Source: an uncultured bacterium (GTDB taxonomy: Bacteria > Verrucomicrobiota > Verrucomicrobiia > Limisphaerales > UBA8199). Taken from it: DNA of 64,000 nucleotides. Under the pieces are notes generated by a model. The model worked only from the letters and a program-made list of their open reading frames with translations, was not told the DNA's origin and did no database searches. This document shows positions 10,329-20,824 of this stretch, piece by piece. Position 1 is the stretch's first letter. Each line of letters begins with the position of its first letter. The stretch lies in the NCBI GenBank assembly GCA_963749495.1, contig CAVVMW010000021.1, positions 1 to 64,000 on the forward strand, given 5' to 3'. A program made the translations under genes and the position numbers.

Positions 10329-11818
10329 CCCCTCTGCTTCTGCAGCTCGTCAAACCTCCCCGCCGCCTCCTCCCACGGCGCGGCGGGACCCGGCTGGAAG
10401 GTCTTGACCTCGCTGGATTTGCGGATGACCTCGCGCATCTGGGCCAGGGACGCCAATTCGCCGCTGGCCCGGACCTGGACCAGGAGGTTGCCCATGGCCG
10501 TCGCCTCGATCGGGCCGGCGATGACCGGCCGCTGGCAGGCATCGGCGGTGAATTGGTTGAGGATCTGGCTCTGCGAACCGCCGCCGACGATGTGGATGAC
10601 CTCGATGCGGTTGCCGGTGAGTTCCTCCAACCAGCCCAGCACTTGGCGGTATTTGAGGGCCAGGCTCTCGTAAGCGCAACGGACCAGTTGGCCCTCGGTC
10701 TCGGGGGCCGGCTGGCCGGTTTGGGCGCAGAAATCCCGGATTGCCTGAGGCATGTCGGGCGGGTTGAGGAAACGGGAATCGTCGGGGTTGACCAATGAGC
10801 GCAGGGCAGGGGCCTGGCCCGCCAGCCGCGCCAACTCCCCATATTCGTATTTGCTGCCGCGCGCGTCGAAGGCGCGTTTGCACTGCTGGACCAGCCACAA
10901 GCCCATGATGTTCTTGAGCAAACGGTAGGTGCCGTCCAGGCCGCCTTCATTGGTCATGTTGATGTCCAGCGCACGGGCGGACAGGGCCGCCTGCTTCACC
11001 TCCGCTCCCATCAACGACCAGGTGCCGGAACTCAGGTAGGCCCAGTTGGCCTTGCCGGTGTTGGCGGTGGGCACCCCGGCCACCGCCGAGGCGGTATCAT
11101 GCGTGGGCGGGGCCACGACCTTCACGCCGCCCAGGCCCGTCTGCTCCGCAACGGCAGCCCGGAGCGCCCCCAGGTCCGTCCCCGGCGGAACGACCTCGGG
11201 GAAGATGCGCCTGGGCAACCCGAACTTCTTCAACAAGCCCCCGGCCCAGTTGCGCTTGATCGGGTGCAGGCACTGCGTTGTCGTGCCGTTGGTGAACTCG
11301 ACGACCCGCGAACCGCACAGCGCCCAATGAACGAAGTCGGGCATCAACAGAAGGCATCGAGCCTCCTCGAGCAACTCGGGCGTGTCGCGTTTGACGGCCA
11401 GCAACTGGAAGAGCGTGTTGAACTGCATGAATTGCAATCCGGTCTGCGCGAAGATCTCCGCCCGCGGCACTTTCCGAAACGCCCGTTCCATCATCCCGTT
11501 GGTCCGCGCGTCCCGGTAATGCCGGGGCTGGCCCAGCATCTCGTCGTGCTTGCTCAACAGCACGAAATCCACTCCCCAGGTGTCCGCCCCCACCGACACG
11601 ATGGATTGGCCATGCTTCTTTGCCGCCAGCCCCAGGCCGTTCTGGATCTCGGCCCAAAGCCGCAGCACGTCCCACCGCATCGTGCCGGCCACGTGTACCG
11701 GGCCGTTGGGGAACCGATGGATTTCCTCGAGCCCTATCGTCTTGCCGTCCCACAAACCGGCCATCACGCGCCCGCTCTCGGCGCCCAGGTCAATTGCCAG
11801 ATATACACGTTGTGACAT
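10325..11818 (-). CDS. rhaB: Rhamnulokinase
   Basis: [28 protein letters not shown] and NEGG motifs; next to rhaA/rhaT. Confidence 0.92.
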   Translation of the reverse strand: MSQRVYLAIDLGAESGRVMAGLWDGKTIGLEEIHRFPNGPVHVAGTMRWDVLRLWAEIQNGLGLAAKKHGQSIVSVGADTWGVDFVLLSKHDEMLGQPRHYRDARTNGMMERAFRKVPRAEIFAQTGLQFMQFNTLFQLLAVKRDTPELLEEARCLLLMPDFVHWALCGSRVVEFTNGTTTQCLHPIKRNWAGGLLKKFGLPRRIFPEVVPPGTDLGALRAAVAEQTGLGGVKVVAPPTHDTASAVAGVPTANTGKANWAYLSSGTWSLMGAEVKQAALSARALDINMTNEGGLDGTYRLLKNIMGLWLVQQCKRAFDARGSKYEYGELARLAGQAPALRSLVNPDDSRFLNPPDMPQAIRDFCAQTGQPAPETEGQLVRCAYESLALKYRQVLGWLEELTGNRIEVIHIVGGGSQSQILNQFTADACQRPVIAGPIEATAMGNLLVQVRASGELASLAQMREVIRKSSEVKTFQPGPAAPWEEAAGRFDELQKQRG

Positions 11819-11842
11819 AAGAGAAACCACGGATTACACGGA

Positions 11843-13156
11843 TTACAGGGAAAGAAAAGGCCCAGGAAACCATACGTGCGCTTGGAGGCGCAGCCCGGCA
11901 CTGCCCCCGGAGTGCGCCCGTCCTCGGGCGCAGCAGCGACGGAGCGGGCAGGCGCGCCGCAGTACTTGACCGCTGCCCTGACTAGGGACGTCGCTGCGCC
12001 CGAGGACGGGCGCACTCCCATCTGGCCGCAGCCCGTGGGGGCGGTGTCGGGATACGCCCTGCGCTTGCGCTGCCGCCGGGACGGCGGCGCGGGCCGCGGT
12101 CTTGGGCTCGGCGGCCTTGAGTTTGTTTCCGTAGCCGATGATGAGCAACGAAGCCACCAGCACGGCCAGGCTGGCGCTCAGCAGCGCCTTGGTCCGGCTG
12201 CTCACGCCTCGCCACTCGCCCAAGCCGATCCCCAACAGCGTGCTGAAGATGATCATGCTGGACATGAACACAGTCCAACCCGCGAAACCGAACTCGCCGA
12301 TCTTCGAGTCGGCGACTTTGTAGGTGATGAACTGGAGGCACCAGATGAGGCCGGCCAGGCCGGCGAAGATTGCGTTGGCCGCGCGCGGCGCGTCCCGGCG
12401 GGTGTAATCGCCCGTGGTCTTGTTCTTGAAATTCAGGTAAAGACACCAGGCGATGTTGACCGTGAAGCCGCCCAGCAGGACGACCACCAGGACCGGGATG
12501 CCCTTCCAGGTGGGCGAGGTGCCGGCTTGGACGGCGGCGCTCTCCAGGGCCCCGCCGCTCCCCAGGCCAAAGGCCATGCCCGCGCTCATGACCCCCGAGA
12601 AGATCGCGACCAACATGCCCTTCTTGAAGTCAAATTCGGCCACCGCCTTCTTCTTCTCCGCCTCCGGCAGTTCCTTCTCCTTGGACATGCCGGCCATGCC
12701 GACCATGATGATGCCCAGCAAGGCTATCGCGACGCCCAGCAAGATCGCCTGGCCGGAGGCGACCCGCAGGAACCCGCCCAGTTCGCCCCTGAAGAGCGGC
12801 GGAATCAGCGTCCCCGCCGAGGCGCAAAGCCCGCACCCGACCGCCAGGCCCAGGCCGACGCCCAGGTAACGAATCATCAGGCCCCAGGTCAATCCGCCCA
12901 CGCCCCACATCGCCCCAAAGACAAAACACAGGGCCAGCATCTTGAGGTCCGCGTTGGAGAGCAAACCGCAGACCTTGGGTGACACAATGAACGCCAGCAC
13001 CCAGGGCACTATGATCAGGCCGGCCACGGCATAAACCAGCCAGTAGCTTTCCCAGGCCCAATTCTTGACCTTCTTGAACGGGAGATAAAAGACCGCGCCG
13101 GCAAAGCCGCCCAGGATGTAGAGCAGGATGGCCGCGATGGGGTTGGGTTCGTTCAT
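11843..13156 (-). CDS. rhaT: L-rhamnose/H+ symporter with repeat-derived C-terminal extension
   Basis: FYLPFKKVKNWAWESYW motif, multiple TM helices. Confidence 0.88.
   Translation of the reverse strand: MNEPNPIAAILLYILGGFAGAVFYLPFKKVKNWAWESYWLVYAVAGLIIVPWVLAFIVSPKVCGLLSNADLKMLALCFVFGAMWGVGGLTWGLMIRYLGVGLGLAVGCGLCASAGTLIPPLFRGELGGFLRVASGQAILLGVAIALLGIIMVGMAGMSKEKELPEAEKKKAVAEFDFKKGMLVAIFSGVMSAGMAFGLGSGGALESAAVQAGTSPTWKGIPVLVVVLLGGFTVNIAWCLYLNFKNKTTGDYTRRDAPRAANAIFAGLAGLIWCLQFITYKVADSKIGEFGFAGWTVFMSSMIIFSTLLGIGLGEWRGVSSRTKALLSASLAVLVASLLIIGYGNKLKAAEPKTAARAAVPAAAQAQGVSRHRPHGLRPDGSAPVLGRSDVPSQGSGQVLRRACPLRRCCARGRAHSGGSAGLRLQAHVWFPGPFLSL
11909..12018. repeat. 110-bp palindromic REP-like element, family A (GGAGTGCGCCCGTCC...GGACGGGCGCACTCC)
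   Basis: Near-identical copies at 18184-18293 and 40862-40971. Confidence 0.92.
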
Positions 13157-13199
13157 AAGCCAGGGGGGTCAATTAAGCGGTCGGTACGGTTGGAGTTCC

Positions 13200-13303
13200 C
13201 GACCTTTGTCGCGACCTTCGTCGCATCCTTTGTCGGATCGGGCGCTTTTCGACAAAGGTCTCGAGGAAGTTTTCATCCCGGCAGGGTTCTGGGACGGGCT
13301 GCA
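13200..13303. repeat. 12-mer (ACCTTTGTCG..) / (CGACAAAGG) inverted array, family B
   Basis: Same motif at about 14908, 37955, 47406 and 56458. Confidence 0.8.
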
Positions 13304-13305
13304 CT

Positions 13306-14574
13306 CTATTGGCGTTTGGAGAGCACCTCTTTCTCGTATTGCTTGACCTCGGCCAGCCAGGCCTCGCCCGGCGGCTTGCCGGCCTTCTGGCAGTAGTGCT
13401 CCCAGACGGGGCCGAAGGGCAGGGCCTTGGCGTCTTCCATGAGCGCCAGGCGCGAGGTGTAATCGCCCTGGGTCTCGGACTGCTTGAGTTGCTGGATGGG
13501 CGCCAGCAGGGCCAGGAGCAGGGCCTTGAGCATGTTGCGCGTGCCGATGGTCCACGCGGCCACCCGGTTGATGCTCGCGTCGAAATAATCCAGGCCGATG
13601 TGGATGCGCCGGGTGTAGTCGCCCCAGACAATCTCCTGGGCGATGGCCTGCAGGTCGTCGGTCAGCGTGACCACGTGGTCGCTGTCCCACCTCACGCCCC
13701 GGCTCACGTGCAGTCCGATCTCCGGCAGGAAACAGAGCGCCGAGGAGATCTTGTCGGCGATGCCTTCGGTGGGATGGTAGTGTCCGGCGTCGAGGGTGAG
13801 CAGGGTCTGGCGGCTCACGGCGTAGCCCATGTAGAACTCGTGCGAACCCGGCGTGTAGCTCTCGGCGCCGATGCCGAAGAGCTTGGGCTCGACCGAATCG
13901 ACGTTGTATTTCTTATCGATCTTCTTCTTGAAGATAGCGTCGAGGGCCTCGGCCAGGCGCTCGCGGGGGGCGCGGCGGTCGGCGGGCGTGTCTTTCATGC
14001 CATCGGGGATCCAGAGGTTGGTCATGCAGGTCGTGCCCAGGGCCTTGCCGATCTCGGCGCCGATCTCACGGCAACGGATGCCGTGCTCGATCCAGAATTT
14101 GCGGATGCCCGGGTCCGGGCTGGTGAGGGTGAACCCGCCGACGACCTTGGGGTGGGCGAAATAGGTCTGGTTGAAATCCATGCCGATGTGGATCGACTTG
14201 GCCCAGGCTATCCAGTTCCTGAACTGGTCCGCGCTCAGGGCGTCTCGTTCCACCTTCTTGCCGTTCATCTCGGCGTAGCAGGCATGGAGGTTGAACCGGT
14301 GCGAGCCGGGGATGAGCGAAAGCGCCTTCTCGAAATCGCCGCGCAACTCCTGCGGGGTCCGCGCCTTGCCCGGGTAATTGCCCGTCACCGCCAGCCCGCC
14401 CCCTAACGCTTGCCCGGCATTCTCGAACCCGCCCACGTCGTCTCCCTGCCAGCAATGGATCGAAATCGGAATTGCCGCCAGTTGTTCCAGGGCCCGTTCG
14501 GTGTCCACGCCCAGTTCCGCATAGCGTTCCCGGGCCAGTTGGTAGGATTGTTGGATGTTTTTGGTCTTGCTCAT
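13306..14574 (-). CDS. rhaA: L-rhamnose isomerase
   Basis: HCWQGDDV, TGNYPGKAR, KLFGIGAESY, LHVSRGVRWDSDH and GLDYFDASINR motifs. Confidence 0.96.
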   Translation of the reverse strand: MSKTKNIQQSYQLARERYAELGVDTERALEQLAAIPISIHCWQGDDVGGFENAGQALGGGLAVTGNYPGKARTPQELRGDFEKALSLIPGSHRFNLHACYAEMNGKKVERDALSADQFRNWIAWAKSIHIGMDFNQTYFAHPKVVGGFTLTSPDPGIRKFWIEHGIRCREIGAEIGKALGTTCMTNLWIPDGMKDTPADRRAPRERLAEALDAIFKKKIDKKYNVDSVEPKLFGIGAESYTPGSHEFYMGYAVSRQTLLTLDAGHYHPTEGIADKISSALCFLPEIGLHVSRGVRWDSDHVVTLTDDLQAIAQEIVWGDYTRRIHIGLDYFDASINRVAAWTIGTRNMLKALLLALLAPIQQLKQSETQGDYTSRLALMEDAKALPFGPVWEHYCQKAGKPPGEAWLAEVKQYEKEVLSKRQ

Positions 14575-14648
14575 AACGCTTTTGCGAAAAATAGCCATGA
14601 GGGCGCCAGGGTGTCCAGCCCTGAATCGCCCTTGCACGTCCCTTTTGA

Positions 14649-14849
14649 GGGCCGTTGACAAAGTTGTAGCGCAGGTTTCCAAACCTGCTGTATCGCCGAT
14701 TTCCAATCGGCAGGGCGTCGGCAGGTCGAGCGCCTCCGGTTTGTGGACGGCCTGCGGGTTTGGAAACCCGCGATACAGCAGGTTTGGAAACCTGCGCTAC
14801 GCTGGCGCCCCTGGCGCACAGGCGCGCCGAGCGACTTTGTCAATGGCCC
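14649..14849. mobile_element. About 200-bp MITE-like element, family C (terminal IRs enclosing a REP doublet)
   Basis: TIR GGGCCGTTGACAAAGT/ACTTTGTCAATGGCCC; inverted copy at 26647-26848. Confidence 0.8.
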
Positions 14850-14907
14850 TGCGTCCCTTTTGTCCCTTGGGGCGGCTGGCACAATGCCCTGGAAGCTCCG
14901 ATCCCAG

Positions 14908-14980
14908 ACCTTTGTCGCAACCTTTGTCGCGACCTTTGTCGAGGCATGGCCAACCCGACAAAGGTTTCGACAAAGGTCCG
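14908..14980. repeat. Family B 12-mer inverted array
   Basis: (cctttgtcg)x3 ... (cgacaaagg)x2. Confidence 0.8.
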
Positions 14981-15175
14981 GACTCGCGACATAAGCGAGC
15001 CTCTCGGCAAAAAATGTCCAGAGATGGCCAATTCCGGTGTTGTCTGGAAGTGGTTTTGGTCCGATCTTGTGTGCATGGCAGCTCGGGGGCGTCTTGAGAA
15101 GGTCTTGCCTGTTGTTTGCCGGAGCGAAGATGAGGGGACGCGCTCCGAGCGCCGCCTGACTAACAGCGAACCAAC

Positions 15176-15934
15176 ATGGAAACCAAACGTGATCGTAAGG
15201 CCTGGCTCAGAGGCGGCGCCGCCGTGTGTGAGCCTGCGCCCACCCAATCCCTGGCAGGAGCCCGCCGGCTTGTCCTGCTGGGCGCCCCGGGCGTCGGCAA
15301 GGGCACCCAGGCGGAATTGCTCGCCGCCAAGCTTGGCGCCTGCCAACTCTCGACCGGCGACATCTTCCGCGCCGCCAAGTCCCTGGACCCCGCCGAACGC
15401 TCGCCCGCCTTGACCGCGGCCATCGGCCACATGCAGCGGGGCCAGTTGGTGCCCGATGACACCGTGGTGGACCTGGTCGCCGAGCGCGTGGCCTGCCTGC
15501 GCTGCGAGGGCGGGTTCCTCCTGGATGGTTTTCCCCGCACCGTCGCCCAGGCCGAGGCACTGGCTGAGCTCCTCAAGAGGAACAATCTCAAACTCGACGC
15601 CGTCCTGAGCTACGAGCTTCCGATCCAGAAGGTGGTCGCCCGCATCGCCGGCCGCCGCACCTGCCCTTCCTGCAAGGCCGTCTTCCACGTCGAGGCCCGC
15701 CCGCCGAAGCTCCCGGGCATTTGCGACCATTGCGGCGCCACTCTCTACCAGCGCGAAGATGACCGGCCCGAAGCCATCCGCGTGCGGATGGAGGCCTACC
15801 AAACGAGCACAGCGCCCCTGGCCGCGTATTATCGCAAAAAGGGCCTGCTCGTGCCCGTCCTCGCCGAAGGCGCGCCGGAGGAAATCTTCGAGCGGACGCT
15901 TAAGGCGCTTGCCAGAACCGCGGGCGCGGCTTAG
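15176..15934 (+). CDS. adk: Adenylate kinase (zinc-binding lid)
   Basis: GAPGVGKGTQ, STGDIFR, LDGFPRT and CPSC...CDHC motifs. Confidence 0.93.
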   Translation: METKRDRKAWLRGGAAVCEPAPTQSLAGARRLVLLGAPGVGKGTQAELLAAKLGACQLSTGDIFRAAKSLDPAERSPALTAAIGHMQRGQLVPDDTVVDLVAERVACLRCEGGFLLDGFPRTVAQAEALAELLKRNNLKLDAVLSYELPIQKVVARIAGRRTCPSCKAVFHVEARPPKLPGICDHCGATLYQREDDRPEAIRVRMEAYQTSTAPLAAYYRKKGLLVPVLAEGAPEEIFERTLKALARTAGAA

Positions 15935-15944
15935 GAGATGGTCC

Positions 15945-16490
15945 ATGCAACGCGCGCTCGTGATGACGGTCATCGGCCAGGACCGTCCGGGACTGGTGGA
16001 TTCGGTGGCCGGGTTGATAGCCGGGCATGGCGGCAACTGGCTCGAAAGCCGGATGTCGCGCCTGGGCGGCCAATTCGCCGGCATCCTGCGGGTTGAAGTC
16101 CCCGATCAGCAGGTGGCCCCCTTGACCGCAGCCCTCCGCGCTCTGGAGTCCGAGGGCCTGGCCGTCGTGGTCTATCCCGACCAGCCCCAAGCCGCCCCGC
16201 CCCCGGCCCGGTTGCGCCGGCTCGAAATCGTCGGGCAGGACCGCCCCGGCATCGTCCGCCAAATCTCCCATGCCCTGGCCGGCTACGGCGTCAACGTCGA
16301 GGAACTCCACACCGAATGCTCCAGCGCCGCCATGTCCGGCGAAACCCTCTTCAAGGCCAGCGCCAAACTCAGCCTGCCCCCCAACTGCGATGTCTCCGAG
16401 GTCCGACGCCGCCTGGAGAAAATCGCCGAGGACCTGATCGTGGACATTACTTTCCAGGAGTTGCCCGCGGAGGATGCTTCAGGCACCTGA
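15945..16490 (+). CDS. GcvR-like tandem ACT-domain protein
   Basis: Two GQDRPG ACT motifs. Confidence 0.85.
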   Translation: MQRALVMTVIGQDRPGLVDSVAGLIAGHGGNWLESRMSRLGGQFAGILRVEVPDQQVAPLTAALRALESEGLAVVVYPDQPQAAPPPARLRRLEIVGQDRPGIVRQISHALAGYGVNVEELHTECSSAAMSGETLFKASAKLSLPPNCDVSEVRRRLEKIAEDLIVDITFQELPAEDASGT

Positions 16491-16512
16491 AGGGCACATT
16501 CAGCCTTTTCCC

Positions 16513-18081
16513 CTACACCTCTTTCTTGGGAAAGAGCGGCGACGGCGAACCGATCTTGTGCCCGGGCTGCAGGCCTGCCCAGCGCGCGGCGGCAAACTGG
16601 TCTGGCGCCCCGGCAAGACCGAGCTGAGCATAGATCTTCGACGCCGTTTCCGGCAGGAACGGCCAGAGCAGGACGGCCAGGATGCGGCAGACCTCCGCCA
16701 GGTTGTAGAGGACCTCGTCCAGCCGCCGGGCCTTGGCCGGGTCTTTGGCCAGCTTGAACGGCGCGGTGTGGTCCACATATTGGTTGGCCCGCGCGACCAG
16801 CGACCAGATGGACAGCAGGGCGCCCTGGAGGCGGTTGCCTTGGAGCAGGGCGCGGAAATCCGCCGCGACCTTTTCGGCCTCCGGCGCCAGTTCGTTGGCG
16901 ACCGGGGGCACGGCGCCGTCGCGATACCGCTTGAGCATGGAGAGCGAGCGATTGACCAGGTTGCCCAGGCCGTTGGCCAATTCCCCGGAATACCGCGCCT
17001 GGAAACCAGCGTCCGTCCAGTTCCCGTCCGGCCCGATGTCCAGTTCCCGCAGGAGGTAAAACCGGCAGGCGTCCACGCCCCATTCATCGATCACTGCCGC
17101 CGGGTCCACGACGTTGCCGGTGGACTTGCTCATCCGCTGGCCGTCCTTCTGCCACCAACCATGCACCAGGACCTGCCGCGGCAGGGCCGCCCCCATCGCC
17201 TTGAGCATGATCGGCCAATACACCGCGTGGAACTTGACAATGTCCTTGCCGATGAGATGGATGTCCGCAGGCCACAAAACAGACCCGGACTGGGCGCTGG
17301 CAGTCGCGGCGGGCGGCTGCGCGCGCAGATACTCCGGCACGCCGGCATCGCCGGCGGCGGCGGGCACGCTGATGTAGTTGCACAGCGCGTCCAACCACAC
17401 GTAGGTCACGTAATTGGGGTCGAAGGGCAGGGGAATGCCCCAATTGAGCCGCGCCGCCGGGCGGCTGATGCACAGGTCCTCGAGCACGTTGTTCTTCAGA
17501 AAACCGAGCACCTCGTTGCGCCGGTGGTCCGGCGCCACGAACGACGGGTTGCGCTCGATGTGCTGGATCAGCCATTGCTGATGGTCCTTGAGCCGGAAGT
17601 AGTAGTTCTCCTCCTGCAACCGCACGACCTCGCCCCACGACGGGTCGAACGTCCCGTCCGGCCGGCGGTCTTTGTCCGTTAGAAACGTCTCCTCGCGCGT
17701 CGAGTAAAAGCCTTCGTAGATCGCCTTGTAGAGGTGGCCCTCGGCATGGAACCGGGCGAGGATGGCCTGCACGGCCTGCTGGTGCCGCGGTTGGGTGGTC
17801 CGGACGAAATCGTCGTTGCTCAGCCCGAGCTTGCCCGCAAGGCCCTGCCACACGCGCGCCATGTCGTCGCAATACCCGCCCGGCGTTTTGCCCTCCGCCA
17901 GGGCCGCCTGCTGGACCTTCTGCCCGTGCTCATCCAGCCCGGTCAGGAACCACGTCTGCTGCCCCAGGCTGCGCCGCGCCCGCGCCAGCACGTCCCCCAG
18001 GACCATCTCGTAGGCATTCCCAAGGTGCGGCCGCCCATTCACGTAGAAGATCGCCGTTGTAATGTAGAACCGCTTGCTCAT
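16513..18081 (-). CDS. metG: Methionyl-tRNA synthetase (short form)
   Basis: YVNGRPHLGN, GLDEHGQK, YVWLDAL, IGKDIVKFH and RMSKS motifs. Confidence 0.95.
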   Translation of the reverse strand: MSKRFYITTAIFYVNGRPHLGNAYEMVLGDVLARARRSLGQQTWFLTGLDEHGQKVQQAALAEGKTPGGYCDDMARVWQGLAGKLGLSNDDFVRTTQPRHQQAVQAILARFHAEGHLYKAIYEGFYSTREETFLTDKDRRPDGTFDPSWGEVVRLQEENYYFRLKDHQQWLIQHIERNPSFVAPDHRRNEVLGFLKNNVLEDLCISRPAARLNWGIPLPFDPNYVTYVWLDALCNYISVPAAAGDAGVPEYLRAQPPAATASAQSGSVLWPADIHLIGKDIVKFHAVYWPIMLKAMGAALPRQVLVHGWWQKDGQRMSKSTGNVVDPAAVIDEWGVDACRFYLLRELDIGPDGNWTDAGFQARYSGELANGLGNLVNRSLSMLKRYRDGAVPPVANELAPEAEKVAADFRALLQGNRLQGALLSIWSLVARANQYVDHTAPFKLAKDPAKARRLDEVLYNLAEVCRILAVLLWPFLPETASKIYAQLGLAGAPDQFAAARWAGLQPGHKIGSPSPLFPKKEV

Positions 18082-18183
18082 GTCCCCCTTACTTTGGCCA
18101 ACCCAATCCCGCTTGGCAACCAAATCGTTGAAGGGTGCAGGGCACTGCATCCCGGCAGCGCCCCCACCACCAGGGACCGGACC

Positions 18184-18293
18184 GGAGTGCGCCCGTCCCC
18201 GGGCGCAGCAGCGACGGAGAGGGCAGGCGCGCCGGAGTACTTGACCACTGCCCTGACTGCGGACGTCCCTGCGCCCGAGGACGGGCGCACTCC
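18184..18293. repeat. Family A palindrome nested in an outer inverted repeat
   Basis: Matches 11909-12018; outer arms TCCCGGCAGCGCCCCCACC / GGTGGGGGCGGTGTCGGGA. Confidence 0.9.
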
Positions 18294-18386
18294 CATCTCG
18301 CGCGACCGGTGGGGGCGGTGTCGGGAACCCCCCCTTTCCCTCTCAACGGGCTTGCGGAACAGGGGTCCTTTTGGCAGGGTTTGGAT

Positions 18387-19016
18387 ATGGTACACGCATC
18401 ATTGCTCGAACAACCGGTGGTTGTTCACACGCGGCCGGCCATCAACATGGATGACGAGCAGTTCTTCCAGTTCTGCCAGGTCAATCGCGATCTGCAAATC
18501 GAACGTACCCCCGAAGGAGACATCCTCATTATGGCACCCGAAGGCTTAAGCAGCGGACACGGCAGTGCCGAGTTGGTTGCCCTATTCAATCAATGGGCCA
18601 AACGCGATGGTACTGGGCAAGTGTTTGGTCCTTCCACCGGGTTCATACTGCCCAACGGCGCCATTCGCGCGCCGGATGTGGCCTGGGTGCGCAACCAGCG
18701 GCTCGAGGCCTTGACGGAAGCCCAATGGCACAGATTCGCACCCTTGTGCCCGGACTTCGTGCTGGAGTTGCGCTCGCCTTCTGACACCTTGCGCCGGCTG
18801 CAGCAGAAGATGGTCGAGTATCGTGATAATGGCGCACAACTGGGATGGCTCCTCGACCCGGTGAGCAAGCAGGTCCACGTGTACCGGCCCGGAGCCGCCA
18901 TTGAGGTTTTGGACAACCCGGCGAGCTTGTCTGGAGAACCGCTCTTGCCAGGTTTTGTGTTGGATGTGTCGCAAATCTGGGCGGCGATGGAGCGATTGCG
19001 GCCGAATACGAGATGA
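18387..19016 (+). CDS. Uma2-family (DUF820) endonuclease-fold protein
   Basis: PDVAWV, CPDFVLELRSPSD and GAQLGWLLDP motifs. Confidence 0.92.
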   Translation: MVHASLLEQPVVVHTRPAINMDDEQFFQFCQVNRDLQIERTPEGDILIMAPEGLSSGHGSAELVALFNQWAKRDGTGQVFGPSTGFILPNGAIRAPDVAWVRNQRLEALTEAQWHRFAPLCPDFVLELRSPSDTLRRLQQKMVEYRDNGAQLGWLLDPVSKQVHVYRPGAAIEVLDNPASLSGEPLLPGFVLDVSQIWAAMERLRPNTR

Positions 19017-19032
19017 GTTTTGCTCCTTACCA

Positions 19033-20451
19033 TCACGGCGCGACGCGCTTGGGCAGCCAATCACGGCGCCCCTGCCAAACCGGCGCCTTCCACTCCCGGT
19101 GAAAGGGACTGGTCGTGGCCGAGGGCGAACGCATGAAAATGTCAGGGATGTCAGGGTGCTGGTAGAACGCAATGGTGCCACTGAGCGTATTGCTGGCGGC
19201 GATTGCTTCACCGACCACCCAACCAACTTCCGGACCCACCTGGCGACCCCCGCCCCCTATGCTGGGGTCCTGCCCCACAAGCAATGTGAAATAGAAGCCC
19301 CCGCCACAGTCGTAAACGTCGGTCACTGCCTCCCCCAGTCCCACCGACGAAATACGAGACACCTTCCTGCTCCTGTCGAGATACGTCGCAGTCAGCCGCC
19401 CTTCGCGCCGGCTGAGTTCCAGTTGCACTGGGGAGTCGAATGGCCCAGACCACTCCCATGTGCCCGCAAAATCAACCCGGTCCCGGCGGCCAACCCACTC
19501 AGACCGGCGGGTCCCATCGCGCTGCGGCACCCATATCGAGCCGGTCATCATGTCGCCTTTAGCCTGGCCTTCGAACCACATCGCAGACACGCCCCCGGAC
19601 GCTCCACGCAGCCAGGAGTGGAGGCGCAAGTGGCCGCCCCAAAGGTCCGCTTCGATCGGGCTCTGGAGGCAGGTCAAGCCTGCAAGCTGACACGAACCGG
19701 TGACTGCGGACAGGCGCTGGTGCAGGTTGAGCGTGAGTTCTCTCGCCTCGTCTCCTGCCTGCACCTTTCCGCGCCAAACCCCCGCCACTGGCGCGGGGAC
19801 AATCCACTCGAACAACGCGTCGTGGGTGGGTGGTCCGGTCACGCTGCCGAAGTCGGGCACGTCGCTATTGGTGGTGAATGGATTGGCCATCTGGCTGAAC
19901 ATGCCAAAGAAGGGCGTCCGCCCGTTCAATGCCTTGTCCGGCGTCCATTCCCCCATGCCGAACTGGTGGGATACGATACGCGACCCCGGCTTCAGGCTCC
20001 CGACGAGCCGGGCGCGCAAATCCAGGTTTGCCTTGTGGCCAAGATAGAGTACGACCACGCTCGCCTGGCTGAAATCGCTCGTGAACAGGTCGCCCTGGAT
20101 GAATTCGACCCGGCCCTTCACGCCTGCGTTGGCGGCCTTCTCGCGACTCTCGTCAACAAGTTCCGGCTTAACCTCGATTCCAACAGCCTTGCGCACGTGA
20201 AAATCGCGGACCGCCGCAATGACAACCCTCCCGTCGCCGGAGCCGAGGTCATAAACCACGTCATCGGTTCCGGCTTCGGCCATCCAGAGCAGGTCCCTGA
20301 CGGTGTTGTGTCGAGTTGGCACATAGGGAATCGTGGATTCGCCCGCAGGCGCATTTGTGTTCTCCGTGGCACTTTGCGAGGGCAGCATGCCCGCGATGAT
20401 TGCGCACGCTGCCACACCACCGGCCATGAACTTTCCCACCTTTGGTTTCAT
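19033..20451 (-). CDS. Class I SAM methyltransferase with signal-peptide-like N-terminus and long C-terminal extension
   Basis: PYVPT, YDLGSGDGR, GDLF..DFS.A and LKPGSRIVSH motifs; start codon uncertain. Confidence 0.75.
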   Translation of the reverse strand: MKPKVGKFMAGGVAACAIIAGMLPSQSATENTNAPAGESTIPYVPTRHNTVRDLLWMAEAGTDDVVYDLGSGDGRVVIAAVRDFHVRKAVGIEVKPELVDESREKAANAGVKGRVEFIQGDLFTSDFSQASVVVLYLGHKANLDLRARLVGSLKPGSRIVSHQFGMGEWTPDKALNGRTPFFGMFSQMANPFTTNSDVPDFGSVTGPPTHDALFEWIVPAPVAGVWRGKVQAGDEARELTLNLHQRLSAVTGSCQLAGLTCLQSPIEADLWGGHLRLHSWLRGASGGVSAMWFEGQAKGDMMTGSIWVPQRDGTRRSEWVGRRDRVDFAGTWEWSGPFDSPVQLELSRREGRLTATYLDRSRKVSRISSVGLGEAVTDVYDCGGGFYFTLLVGQDPSIGGGGRQVGPEVGWVVGEAIAASNTLSGTIAFYQHPDIPDIFMRSPSATTSPFHREWKAPVWQGRRDWLPKRVAP

Positions 20452-20654
20452 ATTGTTCAATGACATAAAGAGCGCAAACGCGCGGCGCAAGCCCTTCAGT
20501 GTAAAAGATTTGTAAAAGACTCCTGCGCTTCCATGGCCAGCTTCCCGCACCGTGTGAAAGTGGGCACTGGGCGAGGAGGCGATTGACTCGACCGACTGGA
20601 CCTGGCGGTTCGCGCTCGACCACGCCAACTTCGGAATCTCCGTCGCCAAAAGGA

Positions 20655-20755
20655 TCTCGGCCTCATTGCGGCTCAGGCCGGCCCATAGCGCTTCCATGGC
20701 GCGCAGCTTTTCCTCCAGCGTCATTTGCCCAATCTGAAGCACGATGGAAATACCA
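20655..20755 (-). pseudogene. Addiction-module component fragment
   Basis: QMTLEEKLRAMEALW..LSRNEAE resembles the N-terminus of addiction-module proteins, then similarity stops. Confidence 0.5.
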
Positions 20756-20824
20756 CCAGCATACCTATCTCGGCGAATCCCGCTATCCCGTTCTCCCCTG
20801 GGGCGAATGCCGGGGGCGCACGAG

